Shown: positions 12,434-25,952, counted from the first letter of the whole stretch. The stretch: DNA of 63,803 nucleotides, filler included, from Intoshia linei (GCA_001642005.1; 3 parts of 3 records of this genome joined end to end with filler, not necessarily neighbours in it); one strand, 5' to 3'. Notes: generated from the sequence alone by a model not told the origin. Made by a program: numbers and translations.

Positions 12434-15400
12434 ATGAATATTGTCAAAGTTGAGAATTTACCAAATACCAAAATTAGCGTATTATTTTAATGTTGGTTGT
12501 TTTTATTAATTTTATAGGAAATTCAAAGATTTTTTAAAAAAAATCAAATCAAATTTGTTAAAATTAAACCAATACAAGATAAAAATTTTTGTTATGTTAT
12601 TTTTAGGTATTTTATTATATATTTACATTTATTCCAGCATTTTGTAAAGCTTTTTAATTAGGGTTAGGTTTATCAATTACATTAAATTTGTATTAAAAAA
12701 TAAACTTAGAAAATGGTAAAATCTAAGTACATTTCTGCGACATGACCCGAAGCGCAATTCTGTCCAAATTGTTATCTGTGCTCTGATTAAATTTAAAAGC
12801 TGTTATAGATGAAATTTTAAAGTCGATTCTTCCGGTCTATTTGAAGATAAATTTAAGCTTCGGATCGTGCTGCATAAATTTTATTATATAATTGAGCTAT
12901 ATAAAGATTATAATCGATTTTACATTTTATTCCGCCATAAATTTTACAACCACAAATCATGAACAATTTTCGGTCTAATTTAACGTAAATAATATCACAC
13001 ATACTACACTTTATGAATAACTAATTATCCATGTTAACGATTTCCCACTTTATTGTTTTATTTTGATTTTTTGAATAAAAAGTTTTGTTTACACTTAACT
13101 CTTTCACTGTCTGTGTATTCTATACTATACACAGCAATTTCACTTCACACGTCTGTGTATTCTATGATATACACAGCATAATTTGAAAAACTTTAATTTT
13201 TTTATTTTCATACATTTTCACATAGGTAATTTAAAAATAATACAAGTTTAAATTAAAAAATAAATTCCAGACGTATGTCCGTCGTATCACTTATAGTACA
13301 TAAAATTGCATCAGACAGTGAAAGGGTTAATTGCTTGAAATTTATATAAAAACATTTAAAAAAATTATTTATCATCATATTTTATACTAAAGGCTTTAGT
13401 TTAGAGCAGTGTTTTCCAACCTTTTTTACATATTGTATCATTGGTTGCTTTAATCATTAGTTAAAGTAGAGTTTCCAGATTTTATAAGTACTAAATAAGT
13501 ACTTTTCGAAATGTCTTAGAAACAAAAAGAACAATAAAATTTGAATTGAAAGTTCTAACAATTTGAAATTTAAAAAGAATTAACAATTTAAAATATGAAA
13601 TGTAAATATTAATTTTATTGGTATTTATCATTGCAAATTATTTTTTTACGTAATTCACTATGATTTTCCAAATGTTTGTAAAAATCAATGAACTCTCTTT
13701 ACAATTATAATTTTTTTGGCATTATTAAAAAATAATTAATTTTTATTAATTAATAAATTTGAAGTGATCCAAATTAAACGATATAAAGTGTGTTTGTATA
13801 AAATATAAAATATAAATTTATTAAAACTTTATTAAGAATGTGAAAAATTACAAGTAAAATATTGACTAAAATTATCGATGGTATTTATGAGTACTTATTT
13901 AGTACTTATGGACACACTAGTTAAAGGCATAAATTAACAAGAAAGTAAGGCTTGATAAGTATACGACTGATATTTTGTAAACTAAATGAAATTTAATGGT
14001 TGTATAAAGCAATCTAATTCAATACACAAAATGAAAAGAGATCATGTTGTAGAATCGCATGTCAGTTGGTAAAAGTGGATTTTTCTTTTTAGGGTTGGTA
14101 TAACTGGATTTTTGCTTTAAAGGGTTGGTAAATTGTGATTTTTATTAAAAATGGTTGGATTTAAGTTATAGTTATTTTTTTTTGGTAGACACCCTATATA
14201 AACCGTTCGATGATTTTGAAAATTTTGAATGATCCGTATATGAATCATTGCATGTAAAACCGTTAATTGAAAATTTGTCAATTTTATTTGGGCAGCCATA
14301 CCCACCCTGTGAAATTTTCTTGTTTATAGTATAAGTTGTAATATGTAGTATTTGTAGTTTAGAATTTGATTGAATTTGTTTATTTTATAAAGATTTTCCT
14401 TTTAGAGAAAAATCTGATGAGACGGATTGCTTGGAAAAACTAAAAAACAAATTTTGGAAAAATAAATTAATTAAAATTGGTGTAAGTTTAACTTTTTTTG
14501 ATATTTGGGTTGATTTATGTTTATATATATAATTCAATCATCCAATCTTGGATGTATACACTTTATATCTAAATAAACGGGAATATTTAAATACGTGAGA
14601 AACGACGATACGAAATAATTTTAAGTGGTTTTTTTGATAAAATGTATACTTTAGATTTTTGATTTTTTCATGAAAATTTTTTTATTTTAACATTTAATCC
14701 AATAGATACAGCCCAAATACTTTGAGTAAGTATATACTTCTACTTTTATTGATAATTATCTTTAAATTTGAACACAGGTACCCCTAAAATTTTATAATTT
14801 TCTCAGAATTGTAAAATTTAGGTTTCAATCTCAGAAATTGACTTCTTTCCTTTCTACTATTGTAATAATGAATAATTATCAAAGTATTATTCTACTGAAT
14901 GGTAAATATATTCAAAAAATGCATATGAAATTTTTAAGGTGCACGCCAAAAATTTTAGGTGAAATAAGGGGGTCGTCTAGTTTTAAATTTAAGAAACACT
15001 AGTATATTATATGAATTAAAAATATTTAATTTGATTTTACGGTAGAGGTTTCATGGTGAATAACAAAATTTTGAAGATGTCTAAACTTTGAAAAAGTTTG
15101 AGAATACCGGATATTATATACAGTAGACGCTCGGAAAGTGATCACCTCCCAAAAACTACCACTTTTTAAATGATATAACAAAACTATACTAATGTGAATT
15201 AATTTTAATTCTAAAAGTGACCACTAAATATCAAATAAAAACAACTGTATCACTGTAAAAAGTAACCACTTTCATAAACGTGACCAGTTTCCCAAAAAAG
15301 GTGTAACTTTTCGGGAGTTTACTTTAGTAATATTACATATTATGTTGTACATGTTGACAATGATATGTGATGAAATAAATGGTATATGATAAAATGATTC

Positions 15401-18400
15401 CTGATAATTCTTGGGAAATTTAATGTATTTATAAAAACATTGATAATTAATTTAATGGAGTCTCGTTATTTTTTAAATACATTGTATGATTATTTTAATG
15501 TACAATTAAAATTTTTAGGCGTGTACTTATGATTCTTATGCACAGGAAGGCAATTCAGTTGAAAATCTTAATGAAATGTCTATAATGATTGTATACTTGT
15601 TTATTTTTTGTATAGTATGATGAATAATGTGACTCCTTTGCATAATGTTGAATACAAAAACCAATTAGAGGTAAACATTATAATAAATTGGTGGTATATT
15701 GCCATAAATCATTGTCAAAAGTGGTCGATTTGCCTGTATCACCAATCCTTTGATGGTTTTTATTACCAGCAAAAACAATACTGGTATTTAAAAAATATAT
15801 AAATGAGTAATTTGTAAAATGTAAACCGAATAAAATGGCTTTGTGAGTGAGAAATTTTTAATGCTTAGAACTAAGTACTCGAAAAAATAGATTTTTCCTT
15901 CATAGTTGCTAAAAGTTTGATAAAATAATCGATTTTTCGAAAAAAATATAGGAAAAGAGATTTTACTTTAACTTTAGGTTTAAGAGTTGGTAAAATTGGA
16001 TTTTTTATTTTGTGGCTGGATTATAAGGTTTTTTGTAATATCGGAAGAAGGAGATTTTTACGTAAGGGTTCGAAATTGTATTTTTTATTAAATTTTATTA
16101 ATGGTTGGATAAAAATGGGATTTTTGAGATAATAATGCTTTGGGATAAAATTCCAATATCTGGCAATTCTGAAATAATGTACTTTACACAAATAAACAAA
16201 TTTTTTCATTTTTCTAGTAATAAAACCAGAAATGCTTGTAACACCCTTGATCATTATACATTATCATGCCACCTTTTGTATTAGATAAAGTCATTTTGCA
16301 CGTTGATGCCTTTTTTATTTTAAAAAAACAAATCAAAATGAAGTCGGAATAATTAAATATTTTTATTCTGTTATTCGCCTGATATTTCAAATCTTTATTT
16401 CAGCCAAATAACAGAGGTTATACTGTATATATAATTTTGAGTTTTTCAGTGATTTATATTTTAAAATAACCAAATACAGTCAATTCTATTCTATAGGAAC
16501 ATCCTATAATATGAACTCAGCTCAATATGAACACGACAATTTTGATTGGACATTTTGAAACTTTTAATTATATTATTATCGTCATTCATATATATTCATA
16601 TTACAGTATATTATGAACATGATCAAAACCTGGTCCGTTCATGTTCATATAGAACAGAATTGACTGTATAGACACATGTACTATAATTACATTAATTTTA
16701 AATACCTTTTATTCATTGATTGTGTGTTAGATTAAAAAGGATATACTTAAAAATGCATTTAAAGATATTGACAAAGATTTGAGAATAAAATCAAACAATT
16801 TAAACAGTTTGGAGTATATCGATTATTCGAATATATCAATAATCGCCAGTGTATAATTTAAAGTCTATTTACTAATATTATTTGTTAATAAGTATATTTT
16901 AAATTAACTATATATTTCATTAGCCTGTGATTAATGGTTATAGAAATAAGGCTATATTTTCTTTTTACATAGATGACAATGATGGTATTATTAAATGTAA
17001 ATCAAAATTATTAAAAATTAGAAATTGTGATTGGATTCAGAGTTTCTAGTTTTAAAAATGGATATATTCAAGTTTCAAGTGCTGATAAGTGTAAACACAT
17101 CTCATATAATATGAAATTTATCATTAAGGTATTGTAAGCTTTAATCAAATTGAAAAAATAAATCAATTTTTTAATCAATTTATACGTTGGTTTAACTTTG
17201 TTCAAATTTTATAAAATATATTCTTCTAAACCAGTGGTCTGTTTCAAATAATGTACGGACCCCCATTTCAAAATATTTATTTTTTTGGACCCAAAGGAAA
17301 CATGAAATATATAACATTAATGACAAATTAAAAGCTTTTTCTCATCATATTTGGTAAAATCGTGATTTTAAAAAAAAATATTGAAAAAGGGGATTTTTCT
17401 CTTAAGGTTTCGTAAAATTATATATATTATTTTGGGTTTAATTAAGTGGATTTTTTTAATTTGGTAAAATCTGATTTTTTAAAAAAATATCGGTGATAAA
17501 GTTTATAATAAATCGATTTTGAAATGGTATTTTTTATTATTTGTAGGATAAAAGTGAGATTTTTGAAATAATAATGTAGCGTTCGTCTAAGCTTTGCGAT
17601 AAATATCCAACATCTTGTAAATCTGTAATAAATATTAAAAATAACAAAAGTTGAATAATTGTTTTGTATGTTTTATTTGAATCTCACGGATACCAGGAAT
17701 ATAGTTTTGGACCACCAAGGGGTCCAGGGACCCGAAACGGAACCACTGTTTTAAACTAATGTATGTAGCAATTATATTTTAGATTATTAAAGAAAATTTG
17801 GGAAAACATTGTATTTCTGTATTTAATCCTATCGGTAACAGTGGCAGATGGAATAATGTATTGATTAGGGAATCTGTTTGTAAAAAATTTATTGTACAAT
17901 TTAATTTGAAAAATGCCGTGGTAAAAATTAAATTACAGTTTGATAGGGTCATTATTTAATGTTTATAGGATTTCGATAAGAATGAATTGATTATCATGGA
18001 ATCTATTAAGTCTAGTTTTATTGAATCAAACTTGGATGTCACTTTATTGGTAGAATTTCAAGAATCTTGGTGTAGGTAATAACTTTTTTTAAATTATTTA
18101 GTTAATTGTTTGCAAAAATGTTTGAATATTTATTTAGTGATTCAAAAAGTAGAACTTTAACGATTTGTGGATCCGGGGTATTTTTTGTTCATAAAATTTA
18201 ATTTTTATTTATTTGATTTTGTACGTCATGTTTCATTTAAGGTTATTAAAATTATAAATATTAAATTAATGGTTTATTGACCGGGAACCTTGATATTTAT
18301 TAAATTGGAAGTTCCGATAAAAACCTCTCGACCTCTGAAAAAATTAGAGGCAATACTTGTGACATGACGAATCAAAATAATTTTTCTGACAGATCATAAA

Positions 18401-20649
18401 TCGGGCACGTAATTTGTTATGATGATACTCATACAATATTAATGTTGAGTATTTCTATTTTGTTTACGACGAAAAAAGTTTATGTTCGAAAGCAAAAATT
18501 AGAATGTGATACACTGTATCATATCACTGATATGTACAACAAAAAATTTATGGTGAATAATAAACATTTGCACATGTATAATATTATATACGTCACGGGT
18601 CGGCAACCTTTTGCATCTCGTGGCCACTTTTTCAAAAACTTACATGATACATTTCAATTTTAATTATATAGAAACGGTTCTAGTATATTCAACAAAATAA
18701 AATTCAGTATTTGATAATATAGCGATTTGATAATTCAGTATTAAAATGATTATAATGAGCAAATTTAGTGATTGTGTCGGGAAAAAAACCGGGACAAAAT
18801 TCCCGGGATTTACCGAAAAAAATTGAGACATACATGTATTTGATTTATGTTTGTTATTACAATATTATTATGTACTATGAAAATCTGATTATATTATAAT
18901 ATTTAAAATTTACCATTTCAAAAATCCCACCACTAATAAAATTTAATCAAAAATACCATTGCAAGCCCTCATGGAAAAATTGACTTACACCGATATTCTT
19001 TTCAAAAATCTGATTTTACGAAATCTTATGAAAAAAATCCACTTCAAACCACAAATAAAAAATCTAATTTTCCAGCCCTTAATGGAAAAATATCCTTTTT
19101 CCAATACTTTTTTAAAAACCTCTTATTCCAACCACAAATTACTAACGCTTAAGGGAATTATCATCTTTTTCCAATATTATTTTGAAAAATGTTATGAGTT
19201 GTTACTAACTGGAACACTATTATCAAGATTGTTAAAATTAAAGAAAGCTCTTATGACCGTTTACCTACGTCAACAAAAAATGAAAAAAATTTCTTTACTG
19301 CTTCTAATTTCGTTACAAAACGTAGAACGCGTTTAAAAGACGAATCTATCAATATTATGTGTGTTTTGAAACTTTTCTTCAATAATCTAAAATAAATAAA
19401 TTTTTTTCTAATTAAATTTGTAAATTTCAATCTAGATTTGTGTTATTTCATTAATTAAATTTCTTTTCGTTTCTAAAATTTTTATGTTTCCCGGGAAATT
19501 TAATTTTTAATTTCACAGTTTTCGACTTTTGTCATTTCCCGGGAAATCACAATCACTAAGCCAATTGTAGTAGAAGATATTTAAAATGGTGTTAAAAGTT
19601 AAAAAAAATGATTTACATATTTACTCAAAGGACCATGAAAAGTATTATGTGGGTCACTGGTAGTCGACCCCTGATGTTTTTTCATAACTAACTTTTTTAA
19701 AATAAGAAAAAATTGAACTAAGGTCACAACATGAAAGAATTTGCGAATTGTTGATGCAATTTATGTATTTTTATTCACAATTTAGGTCATACATGAAATT
19801 ATATTGGGATTAACTTTTAGAGTTTCACCTACTTCATTTCTTCAAAGTAATTATTTTACATTAAGGTTAGCATTTATCTCGAAAATGTTCTTTATCAGTT
19901 ATTACGATGAAATCAACATTAATTATTTATAAATAAAAACATAGTCAACACACAAGCAGGTGAATTGCTTTACAAAGAAATTGAAAGAATGGGTAAAGTT
20001 AACCCCGACACAGTTGTCCTGGATCTGTGTTGTGGAACAGGCACTATTGGAATAATATTATCTTCGGTACAATTTCTTTTGATTGTTTTCGGCATTATAT
20101 AGTGGAATGTTTAAATTTAGAAATGCAAAAAAGTAATTGGAATAGAAACCAATTCTGAAGCCATTAATGATGCCAAAGAAAATTGCATTATAAACAGTTC
20201 ATTTGAATTAATAAAATATGCCATAATAAACCATTAGATGTGAATAATTGTGAATACTATTGTGATCGTGTAGAAAATGCCATTTGGTCAATTTTAAAAG
20301 AAAACGTGAATAATAAACTGTTAGTCATATTGGATCCACCGAGGGCCGGATTAAGTAATCGTAATAATAATAAACACCCATGTTTAGATAATAAGCTAAT
20401 ACAAGTGCTCAGGAATAATGATAAAATTAATCAAATAATTTACGTTTCGTGTAAATTATCTGGAGCCAAACAAAATTTAGTTTCGTATTGGGTTGGTATA
20501 CATTACTTAATAATACATTTAGATTAATGTCTTTAATTTCCAATAAATTTAAAAACAAGCCTTTCACTTTAAAAGAAATTACGGGCGTAGACTTATTTCC
20601 TCACACAAATCAAATTGAAACTGTTATGCTATTTGAAAGATGTATATAA
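12434..20649 (+). CDS. TRMT2A: tRNA (uracil-5-)-methyltransferase homolog A, multi-exon
   Basis: N-terminal RRM-like exons (MNIVKVENLP...NFCYVIF), then VTPLHNVEYKNQLE, PVINGYRNK, FRVSPTSFLQIN, the SAM motif VLDLCCGTGTIG, ILDPPRAGL, catalytic IIYVSC and GVDLFPHTNQIETVMLFER; stop 20647-20649. Confidence 0.93.
12731..12879. mobile_element. About 150-bp MITE (second copy at about 60123-60260)
   Basis: Imperfect TIRs ending CCGAAGC/GCTTCGG and shared core GTTATAGATGAAATT in both copies. Confidence 0.65.
13099..13326. mobile_element. piggyBac MITE
   Basis: TTAA TSD on both sides, TIRs CTCTTTCACTGTCTG and CAGACAGTGAAAGGG, internal direct repeat GTCTGTGTATTCTAT.ATATACACAGCA. Confidence 0.88.
13467..13919. 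mobile_element. hAT (Blackjack-like) MITE
   Basis: TAGAGTTTCCA...TGGACACACTA ends, perfect subterminal IR ATAAGTACTAAATAAGTACT, flanking duplication (A)GTTAAAG. Confidence 0.75.
15121..15324. mobile_element. Tc1/pogo-type MITE
   Basis: TA|CAGTAGACGCTCGGAAAGTGATCACC ... GGTGTAACTTTTCGGGAGTTTACTT|TA. Confidence 0.7.
16477..16666. mobile_element. pogo/Tigger-type MITE
   Basis: TA|CAGTCAATTCTATTCTATA ... TATAGAACAGAATTGACTG|TA. Confidence 0.85.
17232..17748. mobile_element. hAT MITE (CAGTGG ends)
   Basis: CAGTGGTC...GGACCCC and GGGGTCC...AACCACTG ends, TSD TTCTAAAC/TTTTAAAC (7/8). Confidence 0.8.
18766..19558. mobile_element. hAT MITE (TAGTGATTG ends) nested in an older Charlie-like element (about 18594-19674)
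   Basis: TAGTGATTGTG...CACAATCACTA, CCCGGG(A) subterminal motifs, TSD AGCAAATT/AGCCAATT. Confidence 0.8.
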
Positions 20650-20694
20650 TAAAAAAATATATAATAATTTTAGTATAATGTACATTTTTTACAA

Positions 20695-21972
20695 CTATTC
20701 ATATTTGTCGGTATCAAAATGCTCAACTTCATCGTAGTATTGTAGGTTCATATCTACTTGAGTAATTATTTCATCCAGTGTGTCCACATCGCGTATATCG
20801 ATAAGATTAAATCGTGGTGATCCAAGGTTTTCCATCTGTAATAAAGAATTTAAACCGGGTTTTATAAAATTTACCATTTCAGATAAACATCTATGAAATT
20901 TATGGTGAAGTTTGTTATATTTAGTGTCTTTTGAAATTTCAAGCATTGAACTTGTGTCACCAATTAGATATCTAAATTGCGCGTGAATCAAATAACCAAA
21001 AAACCTCAATTACTCATCTATTCGATCTTTGAATTTTTGGTTGATTAAGTCGCCTTTGGATAAAACATTAAGATATGGTATTGGTAACATGGACATTGCA
21101 GACATTGAACAAAGTAAACCAGATATGTATTTGGACTCATCGATAATAAATTGAGAATCCAATAAAAATATTCCACAAATTCTGATACTTTTGTCTGAAA
21201 ACCTTGAAAATTTTTACATTTATTTACGTTTTCGTGCAAGTATAAAATACCATTGTATTATTCTTTGCATAATGGGTAAGTGAGTGTAGATTTCAATTTG
21301 ACCTATATATTTTATAAAAAATAAATTCATGCAAATATGCAAACCGGGGCAATCAATAATAAGATAATCAGCGTCTTTGTCGCCAATTATATCATAAAGC
21401 CACTCCATATTAAGGGAAATGTACCTAAATTATGTTAAATTCAAAATGAATTAAATTAAATATACTCCATGCAACACGTCAGTGCTCCATTTGGTCCAAG
21501 TTCTAAATTTTCATCTTTCAGCATTTCTTCAACGGTAATAAAATCTCGAATATCTAGTAAAAATGATAAAAAAATTTTGAAATTGCATTCAATTCTAATT
21601 AACAAATTTAAATTTAACAAAACTAACCAACATCAGGAGTATACGGCATATTTTCTGCGGCTGGGTCCAAGTTGACAATTGTTGAATTTCGACGCATTGA
21701 TGTAAATTTATCTTTCAGCATTTTACAATAAGTTGACTATATTTATAAATTGATACCAAAAAATACATTTACTTTATACCAAGTCTCGACAGTTAATATC
21801 AGTAAAATAGAAAAACAATAATTACCATAAAATTATTTATTGAAAGTTATTTTAAAATTATTCATAATTTATCATTAAGAATGGAAAACGTTTAGCACCT
21901 TTAAATTAAATAAAACAAGAAAATGACCTTTCCAGAACCGGCAGGTCCAATAATTATATTACCAAATCGCAT
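20695..21972 (-). CDS. GPN3: GPN-loop GTPase 3
   Basis: MRFGNIIIGPAGSGKSTYC (P-loop), VNLDPAAE, DIRDFI, LGPNGALTCCME (GPN loop), YLIIDCPGQIEIYTH, NVLSKGDL. Joined by short GT-AG introns. Confidence 0.93.
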
Positions 21973-21998
21973 TCAAATTTATAACAATTAAATTTAAC

Positions 21999-22075
21999 TT
22001 GAAATAAAGTTCTTGAAAAATTTAAATAAAAGTTGAAATAAAGTTCTTGAAAAATTTAAATAAAAGTTGAAATAA
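21999..22075. repeat. 34-bp tandem duplication immediately upstream of GPN3
   Basis: TTGAAATAAAGTTCTTGAAAAATTTAAATAAAAG x2 plus a partial third copy. Confidence 0.85.
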
Positions 22076-22567
22076 TAATGACATAAAATATATAATAAGT
22101 ACTTTAAATGGTGGACAAACTTATCATAGAATTATTAACTAAATGAAATGTATCGTTCCAATACATTTCACGATATTTTTAGTATTTATTATGTACGCAT
22201 TGCACCTCACAATGTATATTTAATGGTACAAATTCATAATCAAAATAAAAACTACAAACAAATACACAACTTTATTGAATCAACTTGACAAAGTATTATA
22301 AATATATTATCGTGATAATGGTTGGTTTATAAAAATATTAATTTTATATTAAAATTTTAGTCATCCCACAAAACATTTAGAACAAAAACAAAACTAGCAA
22401 AATTTGGAAAAAAGAATAAAACAATTCCATACTGGCTACGTAACCGATGTCGTGTTAAACACAACAAAATCCGACGAAATTGGAGACAATGTAAATTGGG
22501 ATTGTAATTTATGAGTAAAACTAAAAATCTAAATGTTTTTTTATTTAAGTATACTTTATTTGACTTT

Positions 22568-24275
22568 TTAAAAGTTTTTAACTACATTAACAATTTTATC
22601 TATATTAAGTAATGCATTATTTTTCAAATAAACCATTCCTTTTGAATCTCTGTAATTTTGTGGTAGAATCGTAGATATCTAAATGTGTGTCATTTTAAAG
22701 TTCAAGGATAGAGTTTAAAATTACTTCCTTTCTACTTATTTTGAATACTTTATCTGGATTCAATTTTGAATAAAAGTTTATGTTTTCTATGGGATTTTGA
22801 TGGCCTTTTCCGTAGTCGTAATGTACAGTCTAAATTTGATAGATAGTTTCATTTTTTGAATTACAATTATTATAACATTTTCATTGTTAATTTCTTTGGA
22901 GTTGCATTCTTTTATTATTTTTGATTTTATTTCCTAAGACGGAGTTATTACGTATATTATAGTTAAACTTCTTTGTCAAATGGGTATTTTATTAACCATT
23001 CACAGACGTATTTATAAATTGAACGATTTTCAATTTTTTCCAAAATTCTTCTCGCTGGTAAAATTCGCTCGTCAGGTGACCATCGGATCATGTCGTATAT
23101 ACTGTCATTCATTTGTGTAAACACAAAAGGATCATCAAGACCTTCAATTATTGTCACTTTTTCTCTAAACTCATTTTTATCATAACCCTTTGTATACATT
23201 CTAGTTTTAGCTGTATTATAAAATTACCCTTTTTTGTTTGAATAATAAATGTAGTCTTTAGCTAATTTGAAAGCTTCACACATCCTAAATTTGTAATGTG
23301 ATGTCTGATTTAATTAAGAGATTATAATATTTTTATTCAAAACTTGCATGTAATTTATTATCAAATTTGTTCTATGAAAGTAAACGTCAAGTTTTAGGTA
23401 GTGTCGTGCAGAATATAAATTGTAAAGATTGTGGCAAATCTGAATTTACGTGTAATATTGGTTTTAGAGGATGGGTTTACCTTGTCCCGGTTACAAAGGT
23501 GCGTAGTTTCACCAATGTAGATAACTCTAGCATATTGAAAGAATCTTTTATAATCAAACCCTGTACTAAGACCTACGTAATGAGAATCTCTCATAATGTA
23601 ATCAAATTTGTCCACATCAATTCCATTTATGCTATTGGACACAATCTGGATATACATCAAATTTTAATTGTTTAAATCTAAATACCTCATACATGAAATG
23701 CTTGTTTTTATCTCGGCCAATAATTTGCTTGGGTGGATTTATCATTTCACAAATAAATGTAACATCTCGTTCAGTGATTTGATATCTATCTTTCATTTCA
23801 ATTACTTTTTCATTGCTTTCGAGGATATATTTTAATAATTTTATTGAATTCATTTCGTGCTATGTAGTTTATTAATTGTTTATTTACTTTTTTACTTTCC
23901 AATGTTTGGGTGTAATATTTTCAAAGAGATGTGAAAATGGACCATGACCCAAATCGTGACACAATGCAGCAATTTCGACGCACAAAATGTCTATATTAGT
24001 TATTCCAACTTCTGGTTGATTTTCTTTAATAGTTTTTATCATTAAATGTGCCAAATAAGATGTTCTAAATTTTTAAATGCATTAAAGTTTACATTTGGTG
24101 ACCCTATGCAATGTTCAAATCTTGTATGATTTGCACAATGAAAAACCATAAATCCACATCCCAATTGCTTGATACGGTGTAGTCTTTGAAATTGTGGAGT
24201 GTCTATGATTGATACGCATAGTGGGTGAAGTTCAATGGTTCCGTATAATGGATCCTTGAATATTTTCGATTCCAT
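22568..24275 (-). CDS. SAMHD1: SAMHD1-like HD-domain dNTP triphosphohydrolase (no SAM domain seen)
   Basis: [62 protein letters not shown] (HD motif), [40 protein letters not shown]; stop at 22570-22568. Confidence 0.93.
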
Positions 24276-24426
24276 GTATTTTATCTTAAATTATTGCAGT
24301 TATAGTAGCAGTCTCCAAGTCTTGTGATGGTCTGTATCAATACATGTTGATATGATAAGTCAGTAAATTCTGGTATATAATGTATGATTGTAGTTTACAT
24401 TCCAAATATTTACACTGCATTGTCAA

Positions 24427-25900
24427 TCCTGTACTCATATAAAAATGAATGTCTGTTTGTGTGTGTAACCATTTATTGAACAAATTGACAGTCGCAGGAT
24501 TTAAAAAAATCCAATTTCTAATACCATTTTTCCCAGGACGTTTTTTTATCCATTATTCATCATTTATATTAGATTTTGAGTTCTTAAGGGTCAAAAACTT
24601 TATTTTCCATTTTGTTTAAACAAAAATTTAATAAAACATACATTCTGGGACACGTTTTAAAATCATTAACATTGTCGTTAATCTCAGCCTCAAAAACGCA
24701 TACCTTCATAGTCAAAACCACAAATTACCTTTTTTAAAAATGAAACATGTCCTAAAATTTTTTTTAAGTATAAATTCCGGGATACTTTTTAAAAGCATAA
24801 ACATTTTCATGATCAAAACAGCCCTAGAATTTAAAAAAATTTACAGGTGGTACAGTTATATCCTGTTAACACACACAAAAAATTTCAATCAGTACAGTTG
24901 TATCCTGTTAACACACATAAAAAATTTCAATCCGAATAAGTGACGTCCTTCACGGTCAAAAAAGCATTTTAGTATTTATACATTTTTTTTCCGAAATATT
25001 TTATTAAAACAAAAAATTTGAATAAATTAATGGTCCTACAATTAAAAAAGTATTATTCTGATAGATCTTATTCCATTTGATATAAATATAAAATTTCAAC
25101 CCTAGAAGTCTATGTATTCCCGGTAAAAAATAATTTTTAATGTATTATCAACCAATATTTCGACTAAAATTGAAAATGTATCTTACAATTTCAAAAAATA
25201 TGTGGATTGTACGTTGTAGTGTTGTTATAGAGTGCACATGAAGTATTCAATTCATCATTCGACATCACATTTCACAGAACTTTGATTTTTTAATGATTTG
25301 CCCTGGGCTACATCCCATATTTCTCATGCATTAAAACGGCTCTGAGTTAAAGGGTTCAATCGTATTCGTAAAAATAAAAACCTCAAAAAGTGCAGTTTCA
25401 TAATCAAAACCACAGATTGCCATTTTTTTTAAAAATGAAAATAGCTTTAGAATTTTGAAAAAATAATAGATGATAAAGTTAAATCCAGTTAACAAAACAA
25501 TTTCAATCTAACGAAGTGACGTCTTCACGGTAAAAAGCACTTTGAAATTCATTTTCTCATTTGGTAACTATCTTATACTAATACTAGGTTGACTGTTTTT
25601 TATTACGATTCTGGTTCTGTACGTACAAACAGCACCTAGCTCTGTCTAGGGCAGACATTTTGAATTCTATCCAAAAAAATGAATTCAATACAAAAATCTA
25701 ACTTAAAAATGCTATTATAAATCATTTAACGTTTCAAGGAATGGTCCCAAACTTGTTTTACATAGAACTGTCATATCACATTATCTTTTAATTTAAAATG
25801 AATTATTCCACGTTAAAGGTATTTTGTAAAGAATTTTAAAAACAATTAACCATAATGAATAATTAAGTAAATAATTCTACATAAATGTGAATTAAACGCT
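24427..25900. mobile_element. Cluster of Helitron-family copies (one +, one -)
   Basis: A|TCCTGTACTCATATAAAAATG...TGTGTG 5' end at 24427. Minus-strand 3' end A|CTAGGTTGACTG...GTACAAACAGCACCTAGCTCTG at 25584. Confidence 0.75.
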
Positions 25901-25952
25901 GCTAAAAATTCATTTTTAGGTTTTAACAAGAAATTAAACTTTGACGGCATAT

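Noticed and set aside
14412-14445. CTGATGAG...GAAA resembling a hammerhead ribozyme core
   Set aside because: Inside a TRMT2A coding exon, and the required stems cannot be formed.
18959-19336. 125-aa ORF with internal repeats
   Set aside because: Lies within a hAT MITE minisatellite module and has no protein motif.
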